This document shows positions 20,977 through 32,727 of a stretch of 64,000 nt of DNA, piece after piece. Positions within the stretch are counted from its first letter, which is position 1. Each line of letters starts with the position of its first letter. Source of the stretch: Eukaryota sp. TZLM1-RC (lineage: Eukaryota > Protista > Metamonada: BaSk clade). The notes under the pieces were generated by a model. It did no database searches. It was given only the letters and a program-made list of their open reading frames with translations, and had not been told where the DNA came from. A program made the position numbers and the translations under genes. The stretch lies in contig JAUPSS010000004.1 in the NCBI GenBank assembly GCA_040285825.1, forward strand, positions 3,851,658 through 3,915,657. The letters are read 5' to 3'.

Positions 20977-23820
20977 ATGGTGTCATTAGTTGCTACAAAA
21001 TTCAACAAATTCACCACTATCCCTCATCAACTCACATCCATGACAGTAACTGTGAACTTCCAAGACATTCTCTGTAAAGCTGCCAAAAACCCCTTTGAAC
21101 CTCTCAACATCAGTCAATATGTCTCACCTTCGATCATGTTTTCGGATTCATCTCATAAAACCCCGTTTCTACCTTACGCTATCAAGGACATTCCTAAAAA
21201 CCATCTTCTCCTGATAGAGCGTGGTTTTTCAATAGTTTGGCCCGCCAAAAAGACCCCAGAAACTACTTGCTGTTCCCTCTGCTCTCTTCGCTCGGCCTTT
21301 GAATCAGAGATCTCCCTTCTCAATCATGTTCAGCGCAAAGCCTTATTCTCACGACTTTCAGCTCATGCCCTCCCCACTAACCCCTCTTCAGAAGATCTCC
21401 ATCAATTCGTCATTGAACACTGCTTTCCTCTCACTCATTCTCAGTACCATGTCCATGCTCGTTCCCGTCACTTGTTTAGGCACTCTCCTGACGAAGGGAG
21501 GGGGATCTTTATGCTTGCTTCAAATATCCCAGTCGCTTGTGTTCCTAATACCGCTTGTTTTACCATTGCTGATTGCTTATTTATCGTCACTACAACCAAA
21601 ATTAAATCTGGTTCGTTATTGTTACTTCCTGTTGATAGCAGGCCTGGTCTGGATTGCCTATCTCTTGGTACTAGTAAGTGTGGAAAGATGTCGAGTGGAG
21701 ATCAGGAAAAGCTTTATGATGTTTGTGCCAAGTGCAACTATGAAATTTCGTTATCAACAAAATCTTTATTCGAAGTTTGCTCACTCAGAGCTGGATTGTA
21801 TCAATCAATCACTGACCCAAAAATTTCATTTGATCAGACATATTCAAATTTTCAATCAGTTGCCAGTCAATTACCTCAGGGATTACCTTATTTGCAAATT
21901 GATGCCGCTCTGTGTAGATGCCTTCGATATATTGATTTAAACTTTCCAAAAGCCGTACGATCTCTTCAATTTGCTTACCAACTATCCAAAACTAACTTGG
22001 GTTTCTACAGAAGAAGAGACTTGTTCTTGAAATTGATAAGAATGGTTGCGATCGAGTATAGTAAAAAAGATTTACCTGAAATTAGTGATAAATGGACCTC
22101 TAGGCTTCTTAAATTGACAATCTTTCCCTTTAACCTCTCAGCTTTTTTTGATCTCTATCTCACCAATTATGTTGATCTTATTGAGTTACCTTCAATTTTG
22201 TCCATATTGGAAGATGAAGATTGCGATTCTTATGAAGACCCATTTGAAGACTCTGTCGCTATGAATAAACTAGCGGAATTAAACCAAAATTTAAAAAATT
22301 TAAAAACTCTGAAGGGTATTAAAAATATGACCCCTGTTCCTGAGGAAACCAAAGAAACTATCAACTGTGGATCTAATCAATCAGAATTGATTACCAATCA
22401 AATTTCTGATCCAGATAGTAAGAAATCAATCTTTTCTGATTTATGCAATAGATTTAAAATTCTTTTATTTCAACGTAGATTTGTGTCGTTGCTATCAGTT
22501 TTGGGCAGAATACCATTAGATCAATCAAATCCCGTGTTAAACTTTTTTTCTGCTATTTGTTATCAAGCTTGTGGTCAGTTTGAGACAAGTATTGAAATTT
22601 TCAACGCCTTGTCGAAAATTTCAAATGAATCTCCAATGAGCTCTACTATTAACCAAGTGATTAAAGAAGCAATGTATGGAAATTTTGATTTAGCTTCAAT
22701 ATTTGAAGAGTATTCTACTGATCCTTACTCTGGTTGCCTCCATTCAGAATATAGATCAAAATTGATCAAAGTCAACCAAAGTCCTCCAAATGGTCTGGGA
22801 ATTTCTGCTGTCGAAGACATCAAAGTTGGAGAGTTTCTATTGGTGGAAAGAGCTCTAATCACCCAGTTTCCAAACTCTGAAGATGACGTTTCCAATCAAA
22901 ATATTGATCCTTTGAGCTCTATTGCACGAAAAATTCAACATTTAGAGGATGAAATACCTGAAAATTTAAAAATTTCTCTGTTGAGTTCTCCATGTCGAGT
23001 TGGCTGGTCAAACATAGTCAAGAAGCTCAAAAAGGAAGCTCACAAAACACCATCATTAAATACCATCAAGAAGTCATTAGAATCGAACTTGTTTCCTCTC
23101 TCCCATCGGCAATTTTGTTTTCACCCCCCTCCAAAAGAAACTAGTCTTGGTGGGTTTGGGGTGTTTTTGACCGCATCACGTTTCTCGCACACGTGTGCTC
23201 CCAACGCTGTTTACTTTACTGTAGGCGACTTGATTTTCATTCGAGTAGTTAAACCAATCTCAAAGGGTGAGTCTGTTTCTATTAGAAGAATTGTTTCGGC
23301 TCCTAATGGGGAATTTTTCCCTTGCAGTTGCTGTGTTTGCAAAGCCGAAATTGAGTCAAACGATAACAAAGGTAACAGCTTTACATTATTGAAAAAAGTG
23401 ACAAAGTTACTTTTTTCCTCCCCTTTTTCTTCTTCATTCGATGCCATATTTGATAGGTTTAGGTCAACCTTAGACTCAATGCCTTCAAGATACCCCCCAC
23501 TATCAGCTGAAGCTTTTACCAGAGCTGCTCAGTTTAAGGTTTCGCAATTTGAGTTTGAGGCCGCCAGAGATTACTTGGATATTGCCTTTCAAGATTTGTT
23601 ACTACCAGAATCCAGTGGAGTTGATGTTCTTCCTTTTATAGAAGTTTGTGTCTCCCTTATAGATTACTATTTGGATTGTGGTAATATTCAAGAAATTTCT
23701 GAAATGGAACGAAGAATTAAAAAATTAGTAATTTTGATTGGAATTGATGGCAATGATGATGCCCTCTGCGGAAAATTAGTTAAACAAATGAGAATTAAGA
23801 AGCAAAGTGACGTTTGGTAG
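20977..23820 (+). CDS. SET-domain (SMYD-like) protein with a second, degenerate N-terminal SET and TPR-like helices
   Basis: GLGISAVEDIKVGEFLLVE, GVFLTASRFSHTCAPNA..KPISKGESV and post-SET FPCSCCVC. The N-terminal copy reads GIFMLAS..ACVPNT..IKSGSLL. Confidence 0.8.
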   Translation: MVSLVATKFNKFTTIPHQLTSMTVTVNFQDILCKAAKNPFEPLNISQYVSPSIMFSDSSHKTPFLPYAIKDIPKNHLLLIERGFSIVWPAKKTPETTCCSLCSLRSAFESEISLLNHVQRKALFSRLSAHALPTNPSSEDLHQFVIEHCFPLTHSQYHVHARSRHLFRHSPDEGRGIFMLASNIPVACVPNTACFTIADCLFIVTTTKIKSGSLLLLPVDSRPGLDCLSLGTSKCGKMSSGDQEKLYDVCAKCNYEISLSTKSLFEVCSLRAGLYQSITDPKISFDQTYSNFQSVASQLPQGLPYLQIDAALCRCLRYIDLNFPKAVRSLQFAYQLSKTNLGFYRRRDLFLKLIRMVAIEYSKKDLPEISDKWTSRLLKLTIFPFNLSAFFDLYLTNYVDLIELPSILSILEDEDCDSYEDPFEDSVAMNKLAELNQNLKNLKTLKGIKNMTPVPEETKETINCGSNQSELITNQISDPDSKKSIFSDLCNRFKILLFQRRFVSLLSVLGRIPLDQSNPVLNFFSAICYQACGQFETSIEIFNALSKISNESPMSSTINQVIKEAMYGNFDLASIFEEYSTDPYSGCLHSEYRSKLIKVNQSPPNGLGISAVEDIKVGEFLLVERALITQFPNSEDDVSNQNIDPLSSIARKIQHLEDEIPENLKISLLSSPCRVGWSNIVKKLKKEAHKTPSLNTIKKSLESNLFPLSHRQFCFHPPPKETSLGGFGVFLTASRFSHTCAPNAVYFTVGDLIFIRVVKPISKGESVSIRRIVSAPNGEFFPCSCCVCKAEIESNDNKGNSFTLLKKVTKLLFSSPFSSSFDAIFDRFRSTLDSMPSRYPPLSAEAFTRAAQFKVSQFEFEAARDYLDIAFQDLLLPESSGVDVLPFIEVCVSLIDYYLDCGNIQEISEMERRIKKLVILIGIDGNDDALCGKLVKQMRIKKQSDVW

Positions 23821-24647
23821 TGTTCAATAAATATTTAATAATTGTTCTTTTTTCATCTTTTTTGTCTTTTCTACTGGTTATTTTCTTTTTTTTGCATTCT
23901 TTTTTAGTTTAAGTTTGGGTTTTCCACCCTAACTATCCGGGTTTTACGAATATCTTGACAGCTTTAAGTAAGCAACATGAGCAAACATTGTTGATGTGGA
24001 GTTACAACAAGTGTACCAAGCAAGGAATGGGTTCTTACTCTTTAAAGCAAAACATAGTTCTTTTCTTACCCAGGAAAACTATCATAAACTGTAGCAAGTT
24101 GAGTCTCACTCATTTCTTCAACTTTCTCAGGGTTCATGGCTGTAATGTAGATGTAGTATATTTGATAACTTTAAATTTAGTCACCAGGATTGAGAGTTGC
24201 AAATGGTGAAATTAGTTTGGTGTATTAATGGTTTGGGTCAATGGAAGCAATAACATTTTCTCTTTTTAATAAATTGAGTTCATTTTCACTTAAATATAAT
24301 TTACAATACTGTTTTTCTTTCTTTTTCTGTTTGCTTGTCTTGACCCTTTTTCATATAATCCCTTTGTGTTGAATCAATACCCCCATAAGGCTTAACCATA
24401 GTCCCAATGATTGAATCAAACAAATGTACAATTGATATCTATGATCCCGAACCAACATTCATGTTCAGGATCTTTTTCCAAGTTTTAAGCTTTTTTAACG
24501 ACCTCATCATCGCTTTCCATTTAACCCGTGACCAATTGAAGAAATTTGACAAATTAGACTTTTCATTCTTTCATTTTTAGTTACAATTTTGCATATTTTT
24601 TTGGCCCGTGGCTATTATAATTGGTTTTAAATTAGTCTAGTTTGAGT

Positions 24648-24868
24648 TTGAACTTCCACACTAAACAAAATAAAATCATAACTAATGGGACGAAATTCAA
24701 TGAACCAAGTTTTCCCCTACAAAATCTTGATCTGCTTGCTGTCTAGCTAAAGCTCCTCTAATTGGATTGAAAAACCGAGGTAATCTCTTAATAATGGTAA
24801 ATTGAATTTGAGAGCGCCATAACCAGATATCAAATCTTTTTATTGTTTTTCCTTGAACCATTTTTTTA
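24648..24868 (-). mobile_element. Short 3' fragment of non-LTR family A
   Basis: Homologous to the 3' ORF end and UTR of 6503-6730. Confidence 0.85.
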
Positions 24869-25049
24869 GGTTACAATACAATGTGTTATTAATGGTTTAA
24901 TCATTGATTTTTCTTGTTGTATTGACGAACTTCTGTTTCTCTTCATAATGCTTGAGTCAATAAAGTTCTAGTGCACAACAATAGTTTAACTTGAAGTTCA
25001 TCAATTTTCTTTACATTTTGAAGAATTTGACAAGTTTTTGTTATAGAAA

Positions 25050-25108
25050 CAATAATTGAGTTTTAGACATTGGAAATTTGATAAATGTGCCAAGAAGCCA
25101 ACATAAAT
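25050..25108. repeat. 59-bp dispersed repeat, identical to 57530-57588
   Basis: caataattgagttttagacattggaaatttgataaatgtgccaagaagccaacataaat occurs at both sites. Confidence 0.9.
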
Positions 25109-25832
25109 AAAATTTATTGAATTTGCACACTTGATTAAATTAAATCATAACTAATGGGACGACTATCATTAAACCAAGATTTCCTCTACAAAATCTTGAT
25201 TTGCTTGCTGTCTAGCTAAAGCTTCTCTAATTCAATTGAAAAACCGCGGTAATCTATTAATAATGGCAAATTGAATCCGTGAACGCCATAAAAAAATATC
25301 AAATCTTTTCATTGTTTTTTCTTTCACCATTTTTTGGAAGTCATCCAAAAAAGTTTCTGCTTCAACTGATAATCTTCCATTTATCGAAAATGGGAAAGCA
25401 ATAAAAACCAGCTGTGTATTTCTATCGACATTTGCATCTTCAATTTCTTTATCATATTTTCTATGTTTTTCTTTTGCTTTAAAATCCAGAGCAGCCACAG
25501 GATTAAGTTTTCTTCTGTGAACCAAAGTATCGTTTGCAACATTACATGAGACAAAGTCAACAATAGCTTCAGAATTTTCAATCCAATCACAGTATACATC
25601 ACCTCTATCATCAGAACCAAAATTATTCAGAGAAAGTGTTTCCTTCAGCAGGGGCTCTTTGATACACGATATCCTTGCAGTTTGTGCCATATTGAAAACA
25701 GTGTCTCTAACAGCATCATGTAATGAAGAACGATAAGTTATCAATTTAGAGCAATTTAGAGCATGGCGCAAAGTGAGTTGAGGTGAATTCGAACAAATAC
25801 ATTTTTCTTTTGATAATAATTGGTTAATGGGG
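25107..25832 (-). mobile_element. 5'-truncated non-LTR family A copy (young), with possible TSD acataa
   Basis: Nearly identical to 6503-7225. acataa occurs at 25101-25106 and 25833-25838. Confidence 0.92.
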
Positions 25833-26616
25833 ACATAACCAATCTATATATCTATATATTGTTATAGATGAATTCATTGATTAGTACCTCAAATAATTGA
25901 AGCTTACCATTATGTTACAGCATTTCTCAAGGTTGATCAATAGACCCTGTGCTCAATATCTTTAGTACTTGTAAAGTGCCTTTTTCATACAGTTAAACGT
26001 TTATAGAATTTGCGACAAACTACATCATCTTCTTCCCCAATAATTTAAAATATTCAACAAAGAATACAGTTTAAACAAAGTAATGATTGAAGTGAACGTA
26101 TGTATCGAAAAGATTGCTAATATTCTTCTGAAACACATTTTAAAATTGTCCTTATTAACCATTAACTGAGTGGTATTATTTTCAACACTGTTTTTTAAAG
26201 CATACATCCTTTCCTAATTAATTGAATTATGTCATCAATGTATTTTTTCTTTTGAATTTGTTGTACTTCTTTTGGCGAAATCAGAGGAAATATTTGGTCA
26301 GTTAGCTTCAAGTGAAAGAACTTCCAACATGGAAAGGGTTCATTCTCAATTTTTTGGCCAACTGAGTCTAAAAATTCATCAGAAATTGGAACTTTGTTTG
26401 ATTGAAATTAGATTTGAATGTGGTCTTGTAGGCAACTTTGTAAATGATTATATTACAGAAAAAGGTTTACCATTGATAAATCAGGATCTGGTACTCATGT
26501 AAGGAGGTAATTAGTACTTTTGTAAATGAAGCTACTGAGGCTTTTTGACCATAATGCAGAAGCTTCAAACAGAAAAAGAAACAAAAAAATCTTTATAAAC
26601 TGTACAATAATTACAA

Positions 26617-29600
26617 TCAACTGACAATGATCTCTTCTTCCTCACTTTCATCTTCTTGTGTATTGGGTCTTTCCTTCAAGGCTACTCCTGCTGCCGAAAA
26701 TCCAGTATTGACAGCTGTCTGAGTATTAAAGGAAGAACCATCAGTTCCAGATTGCCTTGCCATTTCCCAAGCCAAGCGTAATTTTCTTATTGATAAAAAG
26801 GATCTGATTGGTCCAATGGCAACAATAATGAGCATTATAAAAGCATTAATTAGATGGACAGCAACTAAAAAAGGTTCAATAAGAGACGAAAAATTAGGCA
26901 TTTTCATTAAGGTGAACCCAGAGATTGCTGTAACAGTAATAGAGAACCTGCTGAAAACATCCATAAACACCTCATAACCATCAGAAAGAGGTTTTGTTAC
27001 CCAACTGAGCACAAAAACTAAGCCAACAATGATGGAAGAAATCAAAAACGACAATTCTCCCAAGTTGATGACCATAAACACAGACAAAAACAATAAGGAC
27101 CCCTTTTCAATCATGTGAATAACCTTCCAATACCGCAGTGGTCTTCTATAGGCAGCAAAAAGATAGCTTTGGGCAGTGGAAAATTCTTGACATGCTGATG
27201 AATATTTTTTTCTTATTTCCTTTTTCAAACGTTTAATTTCATCTTGAAAACCTGGTGGTGTATCTCTTTTTAATTGGTCAATTCTGTCAAGCAATTCTTT
27301 TCTTTTTGCTTTCAAATTATAATTTCTATCAATAAGGGCAACACCTTTTCTTATTAAAAAGAAAAAGAAAATGGGAATAGAAAACATAAACAATGCTCCC
27401 ATTACAGCATTAATCAACTGAAAAGTCGTAAAGTCTTGGAAAGTCTCCCCACATTTTTGAGCGGGTAACGTGGCAATCACCAGTTCACCATCGATTTCCT
27501 TACATATAAAAGTTGATAATATAGTTCTTGAAACCGGCATAAAAAGAATTGTCAGAGAAAAAAGACAAATTCTTCTTTTTGTTTTGATAAAATTAAACCA
27601 ATAAGCTGAATTCTTTTGGTTACTTCTGAAAGATTTTGCAAGTTTAAAATACAAAAGAAACACCACACTCCATAAAACAAACGTAGCAACCAAAAAGCCC
27701 ATAGAGTCCCCACTGGGCCAATTACCTGAGATAATCAATGAGATTGACCCGAAATCGACAAGCAACACCGATGATAAGATGAACAACAGAATACCAACAA
27801 AGTATATATTCAGAGTTAGCCTTTTGTGTCGTTTCCAGTAGAGAACATAACGTAACTTCCATTTGTTGTAATTAAAATCATAAAAATATAAAACGGTAAA
27901 TATCAATGGTAGCATAATGAAAGTGCCATACTTGATATAATCAAAGTAATCAAAATCAAGACGTAGCCAATCAAAACTGATTGAGAAAGGAATAGTAAGA
28001 TACTCATACCAAATAATGAATTGAGGCCACTCAATATTAATGTTAAATGCAAACAGCAAGCCCAAAATCTGGAAGAAACCAGTAATAATTTCCAGTTTAG
28101 TCAAAAAAGAACCCAAAGTCATGAAAAAGGGAGTTTTGAGGGCATTTGTGTAGGCTACAGATATTAAACCTGAAAACCTTTCAAAATTGACGTCAACATT
28201 GACTTCTTCAGAATTTTGATCTTCATGATTATCATCATCGATTGAATTTGATTGATCATCATCAGACTGATTTCCTTCATTTTCTGATGGATTTTGACCT
28301 CCATTGCCTCGATGACTATTATTTCCGTCTTGGTGATGGTCATTCCCATTGTTTCCTTCATTTTCTGATTGATTTTGACCTCCATTGCCTCGATGACTAT
28401 TATTTCCGTCTTGGTGATGGTCATTCCCATTGTTTCCTTCATTTTCTGATTGATTTTGACCTCCATTGCCTCGATGACTATTATTTCCGTCTTGGTGATG
28501 GTCATTCCCATTGTTTCCTTCATTTTCTGATTGATTTTGACCTCCATTGCCTCGATGACTATTATTTCCGTCTTGGTGATGGTCATTCCCATTGTTTCCT
28601 TGATTTTCTGATGGATTTTGACTCATTGGTTGAGCCGATGTACTTGACTTTACTGGCATTGCTGTATTAACCTGTTTGCTGACAACACGTGATTGACCAC
28701 TTTCCATTTTGGTAGAGCCAATAGCTCCAGGTCCTGCAGCGGGCTTCTTTTTTCCTTTTTCCTCACGAAGTTCCAAAGTATCTGAAGAGATTTGATCTGT
28801 TTGACTAACCTTACAAACAACAGGATTCAATAGCTCTTCACTTGGACGTTGCAAGAAATCTAAACCAGAGGAGCGAACCATTTTTTCGCAAATTGAATGA
28901 GCATTGCTTCGTTCTTCCAAAGTAATTTCTGTAGAATTTAAAATTTTCAGAGAAGGGATAAGAAAAATGGCCATGAATCTAATATTTGAAATTTTCTTGA
29001 AAGCAGGGACATCAATTGACAAATTCTCAACTGGAAGGTAAGCCAAGCACCTTAAAATTGCTACAAAATGCTGTTCAGAAAAACTACTTCCAAAAGGTTT
29101 CAAATCAATATTATAAAGTCTATTAGGTGAGAAGTTACCGAATTCCAAAAGAAAATTAAACGCATTCAACTGATAAGGATTAAGACCAAAAACATTGGGA
29201 ATGTTCTCTAAACTATGCAAACCTCTCAGTTTGGAACACACCAGTTCAAAATAAGTTTCAATTTCATCAGTTGATTTATCAACAGTACTTTTGAGAAGAT
29301 ACAAATACTTGAGGTTGGCGCAATAAGATAAAGCGTCAATTAATAGTGGCAAATCTTTAAATTTATTATCGCAAAGATTTAAATGCACCAAGGAAGGAAA
29401 ACTGGAAATTTCATTTAAATTTTGTGAAAACTCTGTCAAATCGTTATGGGAGAGATCAATAGAGATCAAATGTGAATATTTGGACAATGATTTGATTGAA
29501 GACAGACCACAATGGTTTAATTTGATGGTATTATTTCCGGAAAGTACACCTTGTCTATGTGCTACTAGGTCAATTTTGAAAGAATCAGCGGCTTTGTTTG

Positions 29601-32600
29601 AAATATTGGAAAATTTGACAACATCTAATGGAGAAATTTCACGAGAGTCGATAAATCTTAAATTACAATCAACTCTTTTGATACAATTCAGTTTTTTCAA
29701 TAAAGACTCGTAATAACTACTTGAATTTGTACAAGGATTAGAACCAATTCCTAATTGGACAAGGGTTGGTAATTCATCTACTAACTTGGCTAATTGATTT
29801 AAGTCTTTTAATTCATTGTTACAAAGGTTTAAAAATTCAAGACTTTTGAGAGAATTAATGGCAGAATACTGAATTGATTCATTAAATAAGTTATTATTAG
29901 ACAAATTAAGCTGTTTGAGATTGGGAAAATCAGAGAAATTGACCAAAGATAGGGACTTTCCTGATAAATCCAGACTGGTAACGTCAGCAGGGTTAAAATC
30001 CTCGGGTAATAAGGAGAATAACACTGACCTAAACCTGTACACTTCAACATCAGTAACACTTCCTCCACACCTTTTCCAACATTTACATACATAATCATGA
30101 TCAATTATGACGTCATCAATAGCAATCAAACTACGTGGCACTTGTCGACACAGTTCAAAATTACCAATCAAATTGATTTCATAAGAATTATTTCGACACA
30201 TTGGATTACCAGCAAGACCCAATACCGTGAGCTTGGTTAAAGGTACCAAATGGGAAAGTAGGCTGGTTAATATAGAAAAGGAGTTATTTCGTAAATCTAG
30301 TAATTGTAATTCAGAACATTTTCCAATAAAACTATCTTTTAAAGAAGAAATATTATTTTTGGCCAAAATTAATCTTCTTAAACCCACAAATCGACTTAAA
30401 TCTACTGCCACCAGTTCCAAAGACACCAATTTCAATTCATTTACCATGGATAAATTAGAATTTGTAAGTGTGGGGTACATAAAATTAATAGCAGCTTTGA
30501 ACATCAAAGAATGACACTTTGAATCAGAAAGACCACCTGATCGCCAAATTTCGAGTCGTTCCTTCATAGTAATTGGTGAATCTACTGTCTTTAGTTGAGA
30601 ATCTGGGGATTGAAGGCTCGCAATGAGAGACAAAAAAAGTGACCTGTCGTGACTGTTGTTGATCATTGGACATGGGTGGAAATAGACTATTTGAATATTT
30701 GGAAGGTTATCGATTAATTGACTGCAGTTATCCATTTCATGACTGGGAAAGTGATTATGTCGACAGTCCAAAACTGCGAGATTTGATAGTTTTTCTATTC
30801 CAAAAGAAGAAAGCGATTCAAAACCACAATCAGCAATATTAAGTGCTTCTAAATTTAGAAACATTCCAAAATTAACAACACTTCTATCAAAATCAAACTT
30901 CAACCTTCCTTCAAGATTAATTTCCTTTACTAGTTCCAAACTGTAAGCATTGCCCGGAATGATTTCTTTAGGGAGCCAGTTAATTGGATCTTTTGCAAAC
31001 AATAGAGTTAGAGTTGAATTGAAAAAGTATTGATTAATACTTAATTCTAAATCAGGATTCTTTTGCTTAATCAAAACAAGAGCATTCACTCTTTCTAAAA
31101 TGGAAACTTCAACGTCATCAATTACTGAAAGATGGGGACAGGGGGTTAATAACCGTGCAATGAGTTGTATTCTAAAAGAATTTAAATCATGACTAGATAG
31201 ATTGGCATTACGAGATGTAATGTTCAGATGACAAAGTGACGAAAGTTTGTCAAGTTCAGGTAAAATTCTATCTAGATTGATTGGATTCCCCGATATATTC
31301 AAAAATTTCACCTTATTTAGACCAGTAAAGTCCACAAATTCCAAATTATTATTACTCAAATCTAACAATTCCAATGAAGAAAACAATTTTAAATCAACTG
31401 AACCCAATCCAGCATTGGAAAACCTACCAGATTTAATACTTTTTACCTTGTCAGTAACATCTGAAGAGTAAAGTTCTCTATGACCTATGGTGGAAATACA
31501 AACAAGGGTCCACCTATACTCATTAGCAATGGTTTCAGACATCCCAAAGGCAATACAAGAATCAACAAGCTCTCCTATTGTAACCACTTGACCATCGAGG
31601 TAATTGATACCAGGCTGGTTATTAGTACCTTTGGAAAACCTACAAGAATAGATGATAAACTGTCTGTAATTGGTAGGGTAATTGTTATTTGATATAGATA
31701 AATCAGAGAGACTTGGAATTAGAGAAAGAATTTTGAAATCATTTTGATTGGATAATTGATTGTTTGACAAATCGACTGTTGTCAAGCGATCCAAATAGGC
31801 AAGTCCTGTATTTTCAAGGGAAGTCAAACGATTTCCAGACAAATATAACCGTTCCAAAGCTTTAAATTCATCTAAAAAAACACAGCTCAATTCACAATTT
31901 TTAGCTTGAATTTCCCTTATATGAAAAGGCAACCATGACGTCATTGATTGAATAACTGATTGGTTCATTACCACCAAATCCCAAAGCAACAATCCCAAGT
32001 TGTTTTTATATTCATCAGGACCAAATTTGTTGATCCAAGTGCCTCTGTCTTTTGGTTGAACACAAGAGTTATTTAAAACCCGAAGATACCTAAAACAACC
32101 AATCATTTGATTGACAATGCTACTTTTAATTCCCGTGTCTACAAGATTTAAATTTTCAATTAATGGACAATTATTGGTAAACTTGGGGACGTCAACCTTA
32201 CTTAGTGGATTTGTTTCCAAATCTAAAACTCTAATAGACCTAGAGGAGAGTTTTTCAATAGAACGGAGGTTGGAATTGGCAAGTAAAAGGTATTGAAGTC
32301 CAGTAAAGTCAGCTTGAATTGTGGAAAAGAGAAGGTCAAAATCACGTTGGGAGAGTCTTGTATTGGATAGGTTTAGGTAAAGTAATTGTGATCGATCATA
32401 CACTTTGCTTAGCTGTTCAAAACCTGAGCATTGTTGGTTGGGTGTGAGCTTGTCTAACGGGGTGATTCCGGGTAAGTTGAGTGAGAACGGACCAGGGATG
32501 AACTTGAAAGAAGGAGTGGAGTTACGTTCCTTTGTGTAGGAGTCGAGATCAAAATTGGGAGAGAAGACCCCAGGACCAGTTGAAGCTTGTTTATGTGTCT

Positions 32601-32727
32601 CTTCCAGAGAGATCGAGTGGAATGGGATGGGTTTGCGTTCAGGGGGAGGTGTCCATTTGTAACCTTGTGAAGACTGCTGCAACTCCGACCCAATGGTGTC
32701 AAGGTCATCCAGTATAAGCTCTTTCAT
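26617..32727 (-). CDS. Giant leucine-rich-repeat protein with a low-complexity repeat and a C-terminal multi-pass (TRP_C-like) membrane domain
   Basis: About 2036 aa from the ATG at 32727. Many LxxLxLxxNxL repeats. C-terminal KLEI..FFQI..EWP and YLFAAYR..YW..EK motifs with about 10 TM segments. Confidence 0.85.
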   Translation of the reverse strand: MKELILDDLDTIGSELQQSSQGYKWTPPPERKPIPFHSISLEETHKQASTGPGVFSPNFDLDSYTKERNSTPSFKFIPGPFSLNLPGITPLDKLTPNQQCSGFEQLSKVYDRSQLLYLNLSNTRLSQRDFDLLFSTIQADFTGLQYLLLANSNLRSIEKLSSRSIRVLDLETNPLSKVDVPKFTNNCPLIENLNLVDTGIKSSIVNQMIGCFRYLRVLNNSCVQPKDRGTWINKFGPDEYKNNLGLLLWDLVVMNQSVIQSMTSWLPFHIREIQAKNCELSCVFLDEFKALERLYLSGNRLTSLENTGLAYLDRLTTVDLSNNQLSNQNDFKILSLIPSLSDLSISNNNYPTNYRQFIIYSCRFSKGTNNQPGINYLDGQVVTIGELVDSCIAFGMSETIANEYRWTLVCISTIGHRELYSSDVTDKVKSIKSGRFSNAGLGSVDLKLFSSLELLDLSNNNLEFVDFTGLNKVKFLNISGNPINLDRILPELDKLSSLCHLNITSRNANLSSHDLNSFRIQLIARLLTPCPHLSVIDDVEVSILERVNALVLIKQKNPDLELSINQYFFNSTLTLLFAKDPINWLPKEIIPGNAYSLELVKEINLEGRLKFDFDRSVVNFGMFLNLEALNIADCGFESLSSFGIEKLSNLAVLDCRHNHFPSHEMDNCSQLIDNLPNIQIVYFHPCPMINNSHDRSLFLSLIASLQSPDSQLKTVDSPITMKERLEIWRSGGLSDSKCHSLMFKAAINFMYPTLTNSNLSMVNELKLVSLELVAVDLSRFVGLRRLILAKNNISSLKDSFIGKCSELQLLDLRNNSFSILTSLLSHLVPLTKLTVLGLAGNPMCRNNSYEINLIGNFELCRQVPRSLIAIDDVIIDHDYVCKCWKRCGGSVTDVEVYRFRSVLFSLLPEDFNPADVTSLDLSGKSLSLVNFSDFPNLKQLNLSNNNLFNESIQYSAINSLKSLEFLNLCNNELKDLNQLAKLVDELPTLVQLGIGSNPCTNSSSYYESLLKKLNCIKRVDCNLRFIDSREISPLDVVKFSNISNKAADSFKIDLVAHRQGVLSGNNTIKLNHCGLSSIKSLSKYSHLISIDLSHNDLTEFSQNLNEISSFPSLVHLNLCDNKFKDLPLLIDALSYCANLKYLYLLKSTVDKSTDEIETYFELVCSKLRGLHSLENIPNVFGLNPYQLNAFNFLLEFGNFSPNRLYNIDLKPFGSSFSEQHFVAILRCLAYLPVENLSIDVPAFKKISNIRFMAIFLIPSLKILNSTEITLEERSNAHSICEKMVRSSGLDFLQRPSEELLNPVVCKVSQTDQISSDTLELREEKGKKKPAAGPGAIGSTKMESGQSRVVSKQVNTAMPVKSSTSAQPMSQNPSENQGNNGNDHHQDGNNSHRGNGGQNQSENEGNNGNDHHQDGNNSHRGNGGQNQSENEGNNGNDHHQDGNNSHRGNGGQNQSENEGNNGNDHHQDGNNSHRGNGGQNPSENEGNQSDDDQSNSIDDDNHEDQNSEEVNVDVNFERFSGLISVAYTNALKTPFFMTLGSFLTKLEIITGFFQILGLLFAFNINIEWPQFIIWYEYLTIPFSISFDWLRLDFDYFDYIKYGTFIMLPLIFTVLYFYDFNYNKWKLRYVLYWKRHKRLTLNIYFVGILLFILSSVLLVDFGSISLIISGNWPSGDSMGFLVATFVLWSVVFLLYFKLAKSFRSNQKNSAYWFNFIKTKRRICLFSLTILFMPVSRTILSTFICKEIDGELVIATLPAQKCGETFQDFTTFQLINAVMGALFMFSIPIFFFFLIRKGVALIDRNYNLKAKRKELLDRIDQLKRDTPPGFQDEIKRLKKEIRKKYSSACQEFSTAQSYLFAAYRRPLRYWKVIHMIEKGSLLFLSVFMVINLGELSFLISSIIVGLVFVLSWVTKPLSDGYEVFMDVFSRFSITVTAISGFTLMKMPNFSSLIEPFLVAVHLINAFIMLIIVAIGPIRSFLSIRKLRLAWEMARQSGTDGSSFNTQTAVNTGFSAAGVALKERPNTQEDESEEEEIIVS
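28271..28621. repeat. 81-bp coding tandem repeat, about 4.3 copies
   Basis: Encodes ENEGNNGNDHHQDGNNSHRGNGGQNQS, with a period of 81 nt. Confidence 0.95.

Noticed and set aside
21299-21940. This 213-aa alternate-frame ORF and the many short antisense ORFs in the track
   Set aside because: They are shadow ORFs overlapping well-supported genes or TEs and show no motifs.
28271-28621. Regular repeats resembling a CRISPR array
   Set aside because: There are no unique spacers. It is an in-frame 81-bp coding tandem repeat in a eukaryotic gene.
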